Positions 35,839 through 46,521 of a DNA stretch of 64,000 nucleotides are shown here, piece after piece (position 1 is the stretch's first letter; every line of letters begins with the position of its first letter). Source of the DNA: Candidatus Eiseniibacteriota bacterium (GTDB taxonomy: Bacteria > Eisenbacteria > RBG-16-71-46). The DNA lies in assembly GCA_963744995.1 (NCBI GenBank), contig CAVUWA010000010.1:640001-704000 (forward strand). The letters are read 5' to 3'. The notes under the pieces were generated by a model that saw nothing but the letters and a program-made list of their open reading frames with translations, had not been told where the DNA came from and ran no database searches. Made by a program: the position numbers and the translations under genes.

Positions 35839-36417
35839 ATGACGCAGACCATGACGAAGCCCGAGCGCGGCCCCCTGAACGGCGTCGACGTCCCCACGCT
35901 GTTCGCCACGATCAACGCCGTGAAGGACCAGCCGGAGCTGGCGAAGGCGAAGTTCCGCGCCACGAATCACTGGCAGCAGGGCACCCACAGCAAGACCCGC
36001 ATCGAGGCGTTCGATGCCGCCGGCGGTGAGCACCAGCACGTGCGTGACTACACGTTCGACGCCGACCACCCCGAGGTGCTGGTCGGTCGCGACAACGGCC
36101 CGCTGCCGGTCGAGTACCTCCTGGTCGGCATCGCGTCATGCATCACCAGCGGCATCGGCAACATCGCCGCGGCACGCGGCGTGACGCTCTACGAGGTGGA
36201 ATCCACCGTCGAGGCCGACCTGGATCTGCAGGGCGTGCTCGGCCTGTCGGACGAGGTCCGGAACGGCTACTCGGGCATGACGGTGCGCTTCAAGATCCGC
36301 GGCGACGCGCCGGCCGAAAAGCTGCGCGAGATCGTCGAGCAGTCGAAGAACCGTTCGGCCGTGTACGACGTGCTCACCAACGGCACGAACGTCGCGATCG
36401 AGGTGGAAACGAAGTGA
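35839..36417 (+). CDS. OsmC-like protein
   Basis: NGVD, DHPEVLVG.DNGP.PVEYLL..ASC, DLQGVLG; GGAGG RBS. Confidence 0.88.
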   Translation: MTQTMTKPERGPLNGVDVPTLFATINAVKDQPELAKAKFRATNHWQQGTHSKTRIEAFDAAGGEHQHVRDYTFDADHPEVLVGRDNGPLPVEYLLVGIASCITSGIGNIAAARGVTLYEVESTVEADLDLQGVLGLSDEVRNGYSGMTVRFKIRGDAPAEKLREIVEQSKNRSAVYDVLTNGTNVAIEVETK

Positions 36418-36549
36418 ACCTCCAACCGGGCAGCCGCCGGCCCGACGGCCTCGCGCCGCGGCCGGCGGCCCGCCCGAATGCGAAACCCGAAATCGAACTC
36501 GAAGTCCGGCGCGAGTCCGGGCGGCACGAAGACAAGGAGTGAGCGAATC

Positions 36550-37797
36550 ATGCGGAGCGCGGAAGCGATCGTGATCGGCGGCGGCCAGGCGGGACTCGCC
36601 ATGAGTCGCGCGCTCATGGACCGCGGCATCGGGCACGTCGTGCTCGAGCGCGGCCGGATCGCCGAGCGCTGGCGCTCTGAGCGCTGGGAGTCGCTGCGCA
36701 TGCTGACCCCGCGCTGGATGAGCCGGCTCCCCGGGTGGTCCTACCGCGGGCCGGATCCCAACGGCTTCATGGGCCGTAACGAGCTGATCGATTATCTCGA
36801 CGACTACGCGCGTTCGTTCGCCGCGCCGGTCGAGACCGGTGTGAGCGTGACGGGCGTCGCCCGCGACGGCACCGGCTACCGCGTCGCCACCACGCGTGGT
36901 GACTGGTGGGCGCCGAACGTCGTGCTGGCGACCGGCTATTGCGACCTGCCGAAGATCCCGGCGGCGGCGCGGGCGCTGGACGATCGCATCGTCCAGATCG
37001 CCCCATCTCGCTACCGCAAGGCGGAGCTGCTCAAGGAGGGCGGCGTGCTGATCGTGGGTGCGTCGGCGACCGGCGTGCAGCTCGCCGCCGAGATCCACGC
37101 GACGGGCCGGCCGGTGACGCTGGCGGTGAGCCGCCACACCCGGCTGCCGCGGCGCTATCGCGGCGCGGACATCATGGTGTGGCTCGACGCGATGGGCGTG
37201 TTCAACCAGACCGTGGACCAGGTGCCGAACCCCGAATCGTCGCGGGGCGCACCCAGTCTCCAGTTGATCGGCAGCGATGACCACCGCTCGGTGGACCTCG
37301 CGACACTGCAGGATTCGGGCGTGCGCCTGACCGGCCACGTCGCCGCGATCGACGGGGCGCGCGTCGGATTCGCAAACGACCTCGGCGCGCACGTCGGGAT
37401 CGCCGAGCGGCGGCTGGCGCAGCAGCTCGCGAGGATCGACGCCCACGTGCGCGGTCGCGGCCTCGACGGCGTCGTGCCCGAGGCGGAGCCGATGCGGCCG
37501 GTGCGGGCGGTCGCGGCGCCGGAGGCGCTCGACCTCGCAGCCGAGGGAATCCACACCGTGATCTGGGCGACCGGATTCAAGCGCAGCTACCCGTGGCTGC
37601 AGGTGCCGGTGCTGGACGAGCGCGGCGAGATCCGCCAGAAGGGCGGCGTGACGCCGGCGCCGGGCCTCTACGTGCTGGGCCAGTTCTTCCAGACCCGGCG
37701 TAATTCGAGCTTCATCGACGGCGTGGGTGTGGACGCCCGCACGATCGCCCGGCACATCGAACGCCACCACGCGCGCGTCCCGATTCGGGCGCGCTGA
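36550..37797 (+). CDS. Flavin-containing monooxygenase-like NAD(P)/FAD oxidoreductase (CzcO/TrkA-like)
   Basis: IGGGQAG, ERWRSERW.SL, IVGASATG, WATGF. Confidence 0.87.
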   Translation: MRSAEAIVIGGGQAGLAMSRALMDRGIGHVVLERGRIAERWRSERWESLRMLTPRWMSRLPGWSYRGPDPNGFMGRNELIDYLDDYARSFAAPVETGVSVTGVARDGTGYRVATTRGDWWAPNVVLATGYCDLPKIPAAARALDDRIVQIAPSRYRKAELLKEGGVLIVGASATGVQLAAEIHATGRPVTLAVSRHTRLPRRYRGADIMVWLDAMGVFNQTVDQVPNPESSRGAPSLQLIGSDDHRSVDLATLQDSGVRLTGHVAAIDGARVGFANDLGAHVGIAERRLAQQLARIDAHVRGRGLDGVVPEAEPMRPVRAVAAPEALDLAAEGIHTVIWATGFKRSYPWLQVPVLDERGEIRQKGGVTPAPGLYVLGQFFQTRRNSSFIDGVGVDARTIARHIERHHARVPIRAR

Positions 37798-37807
37798 GGA
37801 GACCGAC

Positions 37808-38995
37808 ATGCCTGCGACATTCGAGTCGAAGTACGACGTGGTCGTAGTGGGCGCACGGGTCGCCGGGGCCGCCACCGCGATGCAGCTCGCCCGCGCCGGA
37901 CTCAAGGTGCTGGCGGTGGACCGTGCGCGCTACGGCGCAGACACCGTGTCCACGCACGCGTTCATGCGCGGCGGCGTCGTGCTGCTCTCGCGCTGGGGGC
38001 TGCTGCCCGCGATCGAAGCGAGCGGCACGCCGGCCATCCGGAAGACCACGTTCCACTACGAAGACGAGGTGATCCCCGTCGACATCAAGCCGAAGGACGG
38101 CGTGGACGCGCTGTACGCGCCGCGCCGCACGGTGCTCGATGCGATCCTGGCCGACGCGGCCGCGCACTCGGGCGCCGACGTCCGCTTCGGAACGAAGCTC
38201 GTGGACGTGATGCGCGACGGCGGCGGTCGAGTGACCGGCGTGCTGATCGAGAATGCGCACGGCGAGATGTCGCGCGTGTGCGCGGACCTGGTGATCGGCG
38301 CAGACGGGGTGAAGTCACCCATGGCGAAACTGGTCCAGGCGCCCGTGCTGGTGCAGGGCACCGTCGTCGGCGGCGTCGCCTACGGCTACTGGTCCGGCCT
38401 CGGGCTCGACGGATACCACTGGCACTACGCGCCCGGCGTCGGCGCCGGCGCGATCCCGACCACCGGCGGCGACACGCTGATCTTCGCCTCCGCGCCCGGC
38501 GACTCGTTCCGCAGCGAAGGTCGCTCGGACCTGAACGGATGGTTCCGGCGAACGCTGGCGAAGGGCGCACCCGGGCTCGCCGCGCGCACCCTGAACCGGG
38601 CGCCGGTCGAGCCGCTGCTTGGATTCCCCGGCACGCCCGGCTACATCCGCCAGGCGCACGGCCCCGGCTGGGCGCTGGTCGGCGACGCGGGCTTCTTCCG
38701 CGACCCGATCACCGCGCACGGCATGACCGACGCGCTGCGCGACTCGAGCCTGCTGGTCGAGGCGTACGTCGCGCGCGGCGAGTCGGGGCTCACCGACTAC
38801 CAGCGCGAGCGCGAGCCGTGGGCCCGCGAGATGCTGGGCGTCACCGACGGCGTCGCCGCCTACGACTGGACGATGGACGAGGCCAGGGTGCTCCACAAGC
38901 GCCTGAGCAAGATGATGTCGCGCGAGTCGACGATGCTGGCGGAGCGCGCGTGGAACGAGGGCGTGGCGGGGAGGGCAGCAAGTCCTGCGGCATAG
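37808..38995 (+). CDS. FAD-dependent oxidoreductase (geranylgeranyl reductase/halogenase-like fold)
   Basis: VVGARVAG, APRR..LD, IGADG, LVGDAGFFRDP..AHG. Confidence 0.87.
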   Translation: MPATFESKYDVVVVGARVAGAATAMQLARAGLKVLAVDRARYGADTVSTHAFMRGGVVLLSRWGLLPAIEASGTPAIRKTTFHYEDEVIPVDIKPKDGVDALYAPRRTVLDAILADAAAHSGADVRFGTKLVDVMRDGGGRVTGVLIENAHGEMSRVCADLVIGADGVKSPMAKLVQAPVLVQGTVVGGVAYGYWSGLGLDGYHWHYAPGVGAGAIPTTGGDTLIFASAPGDSFRSEGRSDLNGWFRRTLAKGAPGLAARTLNRAPVEPLLGFPGTPGYIRQAHGPGWALVGDAGFFRDPITAHGMTDALRDSSLLVEAYVARGESGLTDYQREREPWAREMLGVTDGVAAYDWTMDEARVLHKRLSKMMSRESTMLAERAWNEGVAGRAASPAA

Positions 38996-39148
38996 CTTCA
39001 GGCGCCGACGCCTTTGAAACCTCCGGTGAAGAACCAGACCACGCTGTCCGCCGGATTCCATGTGGCGTCATGGGATCCAGCCTATCCCGGACAACGTCCA
39101 GCGCGCATTGCGCGTTGCGCCCCCGTCGGTCTGTTGTAGATTCTCGCG

Positions 39149-41830
39149 GTGCCGCTCTCCCCTGGCAGTTCGCTCGGCCCCTATGAAGTGCTCGCGCCGC
39201 TCGGCGCGGGCGGCATGGGCGAAGTCTATCGCGCGCGCGACACGCGGCTCGGCCGCGACGTCGCGATCAAGGTGCTGCCCGCGCACCTGAGCCAGCGTCC
39301 CGAGGTGCGCGCTCGTTTCGAGCGCGAGGCGAAGACCATCTCGAGCCTGAACCACCCGAACATCTGCGCGCTCTACGACATCGGCCGTGAAGGCGACGTC
39401 GATTTCCTGGTGATGGAACTGGTCGAGGGCGAAACGCTCGCGACACGGCTCGAAAAGGGTCCGTTGCCGCTCCTCGAAGTCATGAGGACCGGCGCGCAGA
39501 TCGCCGACGCGCTCGATCGCGCGCATCGCGCCGGGGTCGTGCACCGGGACTTGAAGCCCGGCAACGTCATGCTCACCCGTGCGGGCGCAAAGCTCCTCGA
39601 CTTCGGCCTCGCGCGCGCCACCGGCATGGCCGGCCCCGCGAGCGGTTCGGGCGTCACGGTCGCGGCGCTCAGCCAGTCGCCGACCGTCGCCCAGCCCCTG
39701 ACCGCCGAGGGCACGATCGTCGGCACGTTCCAGTACATGGCGCCCGAGCAGCTCGAAGGCCGTGAGGCCGACGCGCGGGCCGACATCTGGGCGTTCGGCT
39801 GCATGCTGTACGAGATGGCCACCGGCCGCCGTGCGTTCGACGGCCAGAGCCAGGCCAGCCTGATCGGCTCGATCATGAAGGACGAGCCGCGCCCGCTCGC
39901 CGAGGTCGCACCTCTCGCGCCGCCCGCGCTCGACCGCGTGGTGCGCCGCTGCCTCGCGAAAGACCCCGACGACCGCTGGCAGTCGGCCGCCGACATGAAG
40001 CATGAGCTCGACTGGATCACGCAGAGTTCGAGCCAGAGCGGCGTCGCCGCGCCCCTGCACGCGAAGCGCAGGAGGAAGCTCGGTGCGGTCGGCGGCGCGC
40101 TGATCGGCGCGGCAGTCGCCGCGATCGCGCTGCTGCTGGTGTTCCAGCCGTGGCGTGCGAAGCAGGGCGAGCCTTTGCTCGTGCGCTTCCCGGTGCGCGC
40201 GCCGGTCGGGCAGATCATGAGCCCGCCCGCCGAGGCCGCGATCTCGCCCGACGGGCAGACGATCGCCTTCGTGACGTTCGATTCGACCGGCACGCGGCTC
40301 TTCCTGCGGCCGCTCGGCCAGCTCGATTCGCGCCGCCTCGCCGGCACCGACGGCGCGCACCTGCCGTTCTGGTCGCCGGACGGCAAGTGGATCGGGTTCT
40401 TTTCGCAGGGCAAGCTGCGCAAGGTCGCGCTCGACGGCAGCGCGCCGCTCGAGCTGTGCGACGCGACCGACGCGCGCGGCGGAAGCTGGGCGCCGAACGG
40501 CACGATCCTGTTCGTTCCGAACAACCAGGGGGGCGTCTGGCGCGTGTCGGCCGGCGGCGGCGCACCGGTGGCCGTGACCACGGTGGACACCGCGAACGGC
40601 GAGCGCGGCCACCGCTACCCACAGTTCCTCCCCGACGGCAAACACTTCCTGTACGTCGCGATCGGCGGCGGCGACCAGCAGGTCACGTACGCGATGTCGG
40701 TGGACGGCGGCAAACCGAAGAAGGTGCTGCAGGGCGGTTCGGGCGGCGTCTACGCGCCACCGGGCTATCTGCTGTACCTCGACGCCGGCGTGAATGCCCC
40801 GCGGCGCAGGCTGCTCGCGCGGCGCTTCGACGCCGCGAAGCTCGTGACCAGCGGCGATGCGCTGCTGGTGCTGGACAGGGTGAGCGCCAACAACTTCGGC
40901 TACGCGAACGTCGCCGCCAGTCCGCAGGGCACGCTGGTCGTCCAGCACTGGGCCGGCGTGCGGACGCGGCTCGAATGGCGCGACCGCAGCGGCAGGGTGC
41001 TGTCGGTGGCAGCCGACGATCTGTCGGACGGCACGGAGCTGTCACTCGCTCCCGACGGGCACCGGATCGCGTTCGGCAGCGCCGAGCCGCCCGACCTGTA
41101 TGCGCTGGATCTCGACGGCGGAGTGCCGGCGCGGCTGACGTTCGAGGAGAAGCTCATCAGCAACCCCGCGTGGTCCCGCGATGGCAGGCGGATCGCCTTC
41201 GGACGCCTGTTCGGCTCCGGCCGATGGGACACGTACGTGAAGAACGCCGACGGCACCGGGGCCGACTCGCTGCTGATTCACGGCCCGGGCATCTTCGCGT
41301 TTCCGGTGTCGTGGTCGCCGGATGGGCGCTGGATGCTGGCCAACATTTCCGATGTCCACGGCCTCTACAGCTTCTGGAAGGTGCCGCTGGACGGCAGCGG
41401 TCCATGGCAGATGTACGACAAGACCACCGCCGGCGCCGTCGGCGGCGACATCTCACCCGACGGCGCCTGGGCAGCCACCATCGCCACCGGCTCCGACAAC
41501 AGGAATGCGCTCACCGTGCAGTCGTTCCCCAATCCCGGGGCGCGCTACCAGATCGGTGTCGACGATCCACAGCAGGTGTTCTGGAGCCCCCGGGGCAGCG
41601 AGCTGATCGTCGTCGAAGCGGGTGGCAAGGTCGTTTCCGTGCCCGTGTCCACCGAGGGCGGCTTCCGCCAGGGCGCCGCGCGAAAGCTGTTCCAGCTCAG
41701 GCGCGACGAATTCATCCAGGGCGTGAGCCCCGACGGCCAGCGGATCCTCGTCAGCGTCGTGCTCGACGTGTCGAACCTGATCTCGCTGGAAGTCGTGATG
41801 GGGTGGGAGGGGTTGCTGAAGGGGAGGTAG
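39149..41830 (+). CDS. Ser/Thr protein kinase with TM and TolB/PD40 beta-propeller
   Basis: Complete Hanks motifs; repeated WSPDG. Confidence 0.92.
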   Translation: MPLSPGSSLGPYEVLAPLGAGGMGEVYRARDTRLGRDVAIKVLPAHLSQRPEVRARFEREAKTISSLNHPNICALYDIGREGDVDFLVMELVEGETLATRLEKGPLPLLEVMRTGAQIADALDRAHRAGVVHRDLKPGNVMLTRAGAKLLDFGLARATGMAGPASGSGVTVAALSQSPTVAQPLTAEGTIVGTFQYMAPEQLEGREADARADIWAFGCMLYEMATGRRAFDGQSQASLIGSIMKDEPRPLAEVAPLAPPALDRVVRRCLAKDPDDRWQSAADMKHELDWITQSSSQSGVAAPLHAKRRRKLGAVGGALIGAAVAAIALLLVFQPWRAKQGEPLLVRFPVRAPVGQIMSPPAEAAISPDGQTIAFVTFDSTGTRLFLRPLGQLDSRRLAGTDGAHLPFWSPDGKWIGFFSQGKLRKVALDGSAPLELCDATDARGGSWAPNGTILFVPNNQGGVWRVSAGGGAPVAVTTVDTANGERGHRYPQFLPDGKHFLYVAIGGGDQQVTYAMSVDGGKPKKVLQGGSGGVYAPPGYLLYLDAGVNAPRRRLLARRFDAAKLVTSGDALLVLDRVSANNFGYANVAASPQGTLVVQHWAGVRTRLEWRDRSGRVLSVAADDLSDGTELSLAPDGHRIAFGSAEPPDLYALDLDGGVPARLTFEEKLISNPAWSRDGRRIAFGRLFGSGRWDTYVKNADGTGADSLLIHGPGIFAFPVSWSPDGRWMLANISDVHGLYSFWKVPLDGSGPWQMYDKTTAGAVGGDISPDGAWAATIATGSDNRNALTVQSFPNPGARYQIGVDDPQQVFWSPRGSELIVVEAGGKVVSVPVSTEGGFRQGAARKLFQLRRDEFIQGVSPDGQRILVSVVLDVSNLISLEVVMGWEGLLKGR

Positions 41831-41997
41831 GGTGACTATGGAGCGGATTCCGTGAGATCATACCAACAATTGCTGTTCGCATAGGAACTCTGCCGCTCGG
41901 TCTCAAGAGCTCGCCGGCCGCATCGTGCGCAGCTCGTCACTCTTGCTCGAGTGGGCGTCCAAAGAGATCCCGCACGCCATCTGCCCGAGGTGATCGC

Positions 41998-43593
41998 GTG
42001 AGTCTGAGCAAGGTAGTCACGGGCTTACCCGACGGTCGAAACCCCTGGATTGCCAGAGTTGTTGTCGGGGTGATCCTCGCAGTCGCCCTCTTTTGTGGGC
42101 TGATGATGCTGAGCACCTTCCACGGGGATCCGACGATCTATCTGGTCTATTCGAAGAACATCGCCGCAGGCCGGATCTTCACATTCAACCCGGGGCAGTT
42201 CTCTTCCGGTAGCACATCTCCGCTCTGGGCCATCTTGCTTGCTGCTGGATGGCTAACTCCAAGTCCCGTGCTGACAGCCAAACTCATCAGTTTGGCATTC
42301 ACGATCGCGTCGATTCTGCTCGTTTACCACGTGCTGCGCCGGATCAGCGGTCTGGCCCTCGGTGCTTCAATCGCGACGCTGTTCATTGCGGTCCACCTCA
42401 TGATTCCGTCCGCTCTGATGTACGAGTCCGCCTTGATCGTGGGACTAGTGTGCCTTCTCACTCTATTAACCTGGCGAGTGATTGATGATTCGTCGGAGAT
42501 ACGAGTCGGGGTCTGGGTCCGACTGGGCTTCATTTCTGCAATGATCCCCCTTGCTCGACCGGACGCCGTCATCCTCGTTGTTGCCTCGGCCACAGTGATT
42601 GCCGGTTCTCTGACGTCCCGCCGGCACTATGGGGCCCTGCGTGCCGCCGCCGTTACGTTCTGCGTCTCCGCACTCCCAAGCGTCATCTATTTCGGTACCT
42701 CGTGGGTGCTGCTGGGGTCGTTTTCCGTCTCGAGCTATTGCAGGGCATTCGCGCTTCGCGAATTTGCTCCGCGGGTGTTCGGCGTCCCCTACTCGGCACT
42801 GTCGCTTCGGTTCTTCCTAGGTTCCCCCGTCATCATCTACACGCTCGCAGCAGCGTGGGGCATTCATGGGCTACTTCGTGGAAATCGCCGCGCGCTCGGC
42901 TGGCTGGCCATGCTGGGCGGTTTCGCCTACGTTGGCCTCTTCTCCCTGGCCTCACCCATTGGACTCGGTCCTATTGGAACAGGTATCGATCGCTACGTCC
43001 TGCCGATCTTGCCCCTGGGTGCCATGGCTGCAATCGTTCCTCTGGACAACCTTGCCACGGCGGCCATTCGAGACCGCAGATACCTAGTGCTCCTGATTGC
43101 GGCATCCGTGCTGCTGCTATTCCCATTGGGAACCAACGCACTCACTGCCATCCATCAGAGCAGGCGCGGCCTCTCATTCGATGTCATCACGGAGCACGAT
43201 CTCGTCGCACGTTTCGGTCGTATCGCTGCCGTGGGGTCAAGAGCCCTGATCTACGAGGTGCAGGACCGCTATTTCCTTCGGCCAGACATCGACGTACTCA
43301 GCCTCGACGGAATTACGGACGGCCGCGTCGCGCCGTACCTGAAGTCCGCCGACATCATTGGATTCCTCCGCCGCTATCGCCCCCGGTACTGGTTCGCCAA
43401 TGGAGTGGTGGACGAGCGGCCGTATCTCGAAAAGAGCATCTTGCAACGCGCACTCCATGCGGCGGTGGGCGGGAATCGGGACTTCGAGGAGCAGGGCCTG
43501 CGATTCAAGGTTCTGCTGGAGCGAAAGAGACCGTTGATCAAGGGCTTCGCTGGCTGTCGCTACGTCTTCGAGATCGAGTACGGAGAAACGTGA
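41998..43593 (+). CDS. GT-C-fold membrane glycosyltransferase-like protein
   Basis: D..IY..YSKNIA.G..FNPG...GSTSPLW, ARPDA, RYVLP; many TM helices; lower GC. Confidence 0.65.
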   Translation: MSLSKVVTGLPDGRNPWIARVVVGVILAVALFCGLMMLSTFHGDPTIYLVYSKNIAAGRIFTFNPGQFSSGSTSPLWAILLAAGWLTPSPVLTAKLISLAFTIASILLVYHVLRRISGLALGASIATLFIAVHLMIPSALMYESALIVGLVCLLTLLTWRVIDDSSEIRVGVWVRLGFISAMIPLARPDAVILVVASATVIAGSLTSRRHYGALRAAAVTFCVSALPSVIYFGTSWVLLGSFSVSSYCRAFALREFAPRVFGVPYSALSLRFFLGSPVIIYTLAAAWGIHGLLRGNRRALGWLAMLGGFAYVGLFSLASPIGLGPIGTGIDRYVLPILPLGAMAAIVPLDNLATAAIRDRRYLVLLIAASVLLLFPLGTNALTAIHQSRRGLSFDVITEHDLVARFGRIAAVGSRALIYEVQDRYFLRPDIDVLSLDGITDGRVAPYLKSADIIGFLRRYRPRYWFANGVVDERPYLEKSILQRALHAAVGGNRDFEEQGLRFKVLLERKRPLIKGFAGCRYVFEIEYGET

Positions 43594-43637
43594 GGTTGGG
43601 GTTGAAGGTGAAGAGCCGCGCCACCCTCCGCCCCTGA

Positions 43638-44378
43638 CTACTCGACGAGCTCCCGCAGAGGAGCTGCCAGCCGTCTCGCGAGACCGTGATCGATCCGCTC
43701 GATCTCTGCGACCAACGCATCGGTGACGGCGGCAAAGGCCCGCCGGAGCTCGTTCGGGTTCAGTGACCGCACCAGTGCATCGGCGAGCGCGTTGGCGGCC
43801 TCGGGCGGCAACCGGTCGATGCCGCGCGCCTGAACCGCCGGCAGCCCGTGGCGCAGGCACGCGAGTGCCAGCACCTGATCGCGGATGCCGCTGATCATGT
43901 ACTCCGCCTGCCACACCCGGCCACGGGCGATGGCGGATCGCGCGTGCAGCGCGTAGAGCCAGGCCATGCCGATCAGCCCGATGGCGGTAGGCGCCGGCGG
44001 CGCCGGGCGCTCGTGCGCCGTTCCGAACAGGAGCTTGAACGTCGGCCCGATGGCGCCGAACTCCGTCGCCGGCCAGAAGGCGATGTCCACCTGCAGCGTG
44101 CTCGCGAGCAGGAAGACGCGGAAGAGCGTGGCGCCGAAGCGCACGTCCGTGTGGTGGACGACGCCGTGATCCCGATACATCCGCTCGGTCCAGTCGGCGA
44201 CGACCTGGCTGTAGTCCGCGTCGGCCGCAACCGCGAGCGCGAGGTCGATGTCGGACCACTCGTCTTCGCGCCCGAGCGCCGCCGAGCCCGTGAGAGCGGC
44301 GCCCGTCACGCGTGAGTCGTCGCGCGCGGCGGCGATCAGGGTGTCGCGGAGCTGAGTGCGGGCTTCGGGGGTGAACAT
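43638..44378 (-). CDS. Pol-beta-type nucleotidyltransferase domain protein
   Basis: GSAALGREDEWSDIDL motif, QVDIAF, helical C-terminal domain. Confidence 0.82.
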   Translation of the reverse strand: MFTPEARTQLRDTLIAAARDDSRVTGAALTGSAALGREDEWSDIDLALAVAADADYSQVVADWTERMYRDHGVVHHTDVRFGATLFRVFLLASTLQVDIAFWPATEFGAIGPTFKLLFGTAHERPAPPAPTAIGLIGMAWLYALHARSAIARGRVWQAEYMISGIRDQVLALACLRHGLPAVQARGIDRLPPEAANALADALVRSLNPNELRRAFAAVTDALVAEIERIDHGLARRLAAPLRELVE

Positions 44379-44423
44379 GGTGCGGGCGGTGGAGTCTCCG
44401 CGCGTCGGATAGGAACCAGGCCA

Positions 44424-44927
44424 TTGCCTCTCAACTGGACCTGGCGGAGAATGTTGACGCTCATGACACAGGGTAGCGCCTTGGTGCGCATACGAGGGTG
44501 GATTACGGCCACCTGGGTCGCAACCGCCTTATTTGTTGGTGTGGCCTGCGTCGGAATCTTGGTTCTGGGTGGGGGCAGTGCCTCGACAGCGGTTTTCGTA
44601 GCGTCTGCACTCCTTGTCACTCCTCTCGTCTGGGGATCCGTTCACCGTGGTGGCAGGCCCACGTATTTCACCGGTGCGTTTGCCGGGGCGCTCATTGGCC
44701 CGCTGACCGTCGCACTACCCTTGGCGTTCTCATTACTGTTGTCGAGTCTTGGTGATGCTGGCGGCCAAACTCCGCACGATTGGCGAGGCAGTTGGGGTCT
44801 TGCAATGTTCTCTATGCTCAGCCTCGCGGGCGTCGCGTTCGCCGTTCCGTTTGGGGCCACTTGGGGCCTGCTGATTGCTGCGATCGAGAAGAGGCGTTCT
44901 GCTCGATCCGTGCATGGACCGGATTGA
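44424..44927 (+). CDS. Hypothetical 4-TM membrane protein
   Basis: Hydrophobic segments; lower GC; start uncertain. Confidence 0.45.
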   Translation: MPLNWTWRRMLTLMTQGSALVRIRGWITATWVATALFVGVACVGILVLGGGSASTAVFVASALLVTPLVWGSVHRGGRPTYFTGAFAGALIGPLTVALPLAFSLLLSSLGDAGGQTPHDWRGSWGLAMFSMLSLAGVAFAVPFGATWGLLIAAIEKRRSARSVHGPD

Positions 44928-45055
44928 TGGGCAAGCCTTGGAGCGACGGGCGGCGACACTGATGTCTTTCGCGGTCAGCCGCTGCGCGCGGGCGTCTGGT
45001 GTTGCCATGCACCCGGGGGACTGCAAGCCCACGCGCAGTGACGCGCTCCTCGCAG

Positions 45056-45247
45056 GGCAAGCGCGTATCGGAACTCCTACGTCCTGACGTATTGCGCCGA
45101 CTGGTAGAAGAACACCCAGCCCCAGTCTCTCTCCACCGTGTGCTCGTCGAGGATCACCAGCTCGCCTGAGTCGCCCTGCTCCACAAAGGGGGACGCCTTC
45201 CGAAGTTCGGCTTCGACCAGGATGCGCGCTTCTCTTTTCCTCAGCAC
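45056..45247 (-). pseudogene. YrhB/Imm35-like immunity protein remnant
   Basis: LVILDEHTVERDWGWVFFYQS; family-like sequence EFRYALA continues past the TAG at 45077-45079. Confidence 0.6.
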
Positions 45248-45352
45248 CCTTCTTCTCCGACTGACGTCCTGCCGATCGACGGCGGCCGAAGGCCGTCCGC
45301 CGCACCATCCTGCTGGGCGACTTTCTTCCACAACGTCCCGCAGCGGTGCACT

Positions 45353-45757
45353 TCAGTTTGCCGTCACGAGGCGGTGGATGTCGCGCAAGCGCTGTGACGT
45401 GAGCCCGCACTCGCAAGCCTCGGTGACGAGTGTTGCCTCATCGCCGTTGGCGAGCCGCAAGACCTGTGTGCCGCCGTGAACCACGGTGCTTCCGTCCTCG
45501 TCCGCTCCGCATAAATGTGTCACGACAATGCGTCCAGACTGTCCGTTTCCCACCAGGGCTCCCGACTGATCGACCACTTCAACGAGAACGTGGCCCTGGG
45601 CCACATGGTAGTCCGTTGGCCTTCTCGTGCAGGAGATGGCGAATACGCCGAACTCGGAAGAACCGTAAAGGTTGGTGACGGACTCGACCCCTTGCTTCCT
45701 GGCGGCTTCGCGTTTGCTGCGCACATGGCTGTCCAACGGTTCGCAACTCACCTGCAA
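45353..45757 (-). pseudogene. C-terminal fragment of phenylacetate-CoA ligase/CapK family
   Basis: YGSSEFG, VEVVD, GRIVVT.L, LRL..GD, C.CG; N-terminal two-thirds absent. Confidence 0.6.
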
Positions 45758-45837
45758 GCGACCGACCGAAGGGAGGGCGGGCGATCGTCAGGTGCAGTTG
45801 CATTGTTTGGCAGCGCCTCTCCCGGCGCTCTGCCTCG

Positions 45838-46521
45838 TCAGGGCCGGTTGTTCTCCACATGCAGCCGCTCCAAGCGACCCTCGGTGAGGTCGAAGTGATT
45901 GTTGGGATTCGTGTACACGAAGAAGTCATCGGACACCCAGCGGACCGAATCTTGACGCGACGACGTGAAGCCCAGGATCCAATACCACTCTCCCGGGACG
46001 AGGTAACCGACCTCCTCGCGGACTGCCGGCGCCATGAGATACCCACTATCCGGAAGTGCCCGGAGATAGGCTGTCAGCGCTGCCTGGAATGCCGCGAGGA
46101 ACTCGGCGCGGTCTGCCATGCGGGCACTGAAGAGGTCCGTAATCTTGTCGCGTGCGAGCGCAAGCGCGGGCGCATACCGCCGCGCAGACTCGATGAGCGC
46201 AGCAAGTTCGGGCCCAATCGGGTCATCAGGGTGCCACTCGCGGTGTGCGTCATTGACGGTGTATGCGTACAGACCCCACGTAGACTCACCACCTGGATCT
46301 CCGAGGAGCAGGAACCCGACTCCGTCCGGGAAGTTCGGTGCCCAGCCATCGGGCCCTTTCTGCAATTCCATCGTGCAATAGCGCATCACGTTCGTGTCCG
46401 CCCAACTCCAGTTGGGCAGGTCTGCCGTATCGCTTACGCGGGTCCGCCTAATCGCGACCGCCCGGTCTGTCGTCACGCGACAAACCAAGGGCCGACCAGC
46501 TCTTGAAAGGATCAGCTGCAC
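45838..46521 (-). CDS. Hypothetical protein
   Basis: 227-aa ORF with globular, aromatic-rich composition in the lower-GC patch. Confidence 0.5.
   Translation of the reverse strand: MQLILSRAGRPLVCRVTTDRAVAIRRTRVSDTADLPNWSWADTNVMRYCTMELQKGPDGWAPNFPDGVGFLLLGDPGGESTWGLYAYTVNDAHREWHPDDPIGPELAALIESARRYAPALALARDKITDLFSARMADRAEFLAAFQAALTAYLRALPDSGYLMAPAVREEVGYLVPGEWYWILGFTSSRQDSVRWVSDDFFVYTNPNNHFDLTEGRLERLHVENNRP

Noticed and set aside
45077..45079. Pyrrolysine or stop-codon recoding at the in-frame TAG
   Set aside because: Similarity is lost a few codons later, TAG terminates many intact genes in the window, and no pyl genes are seen
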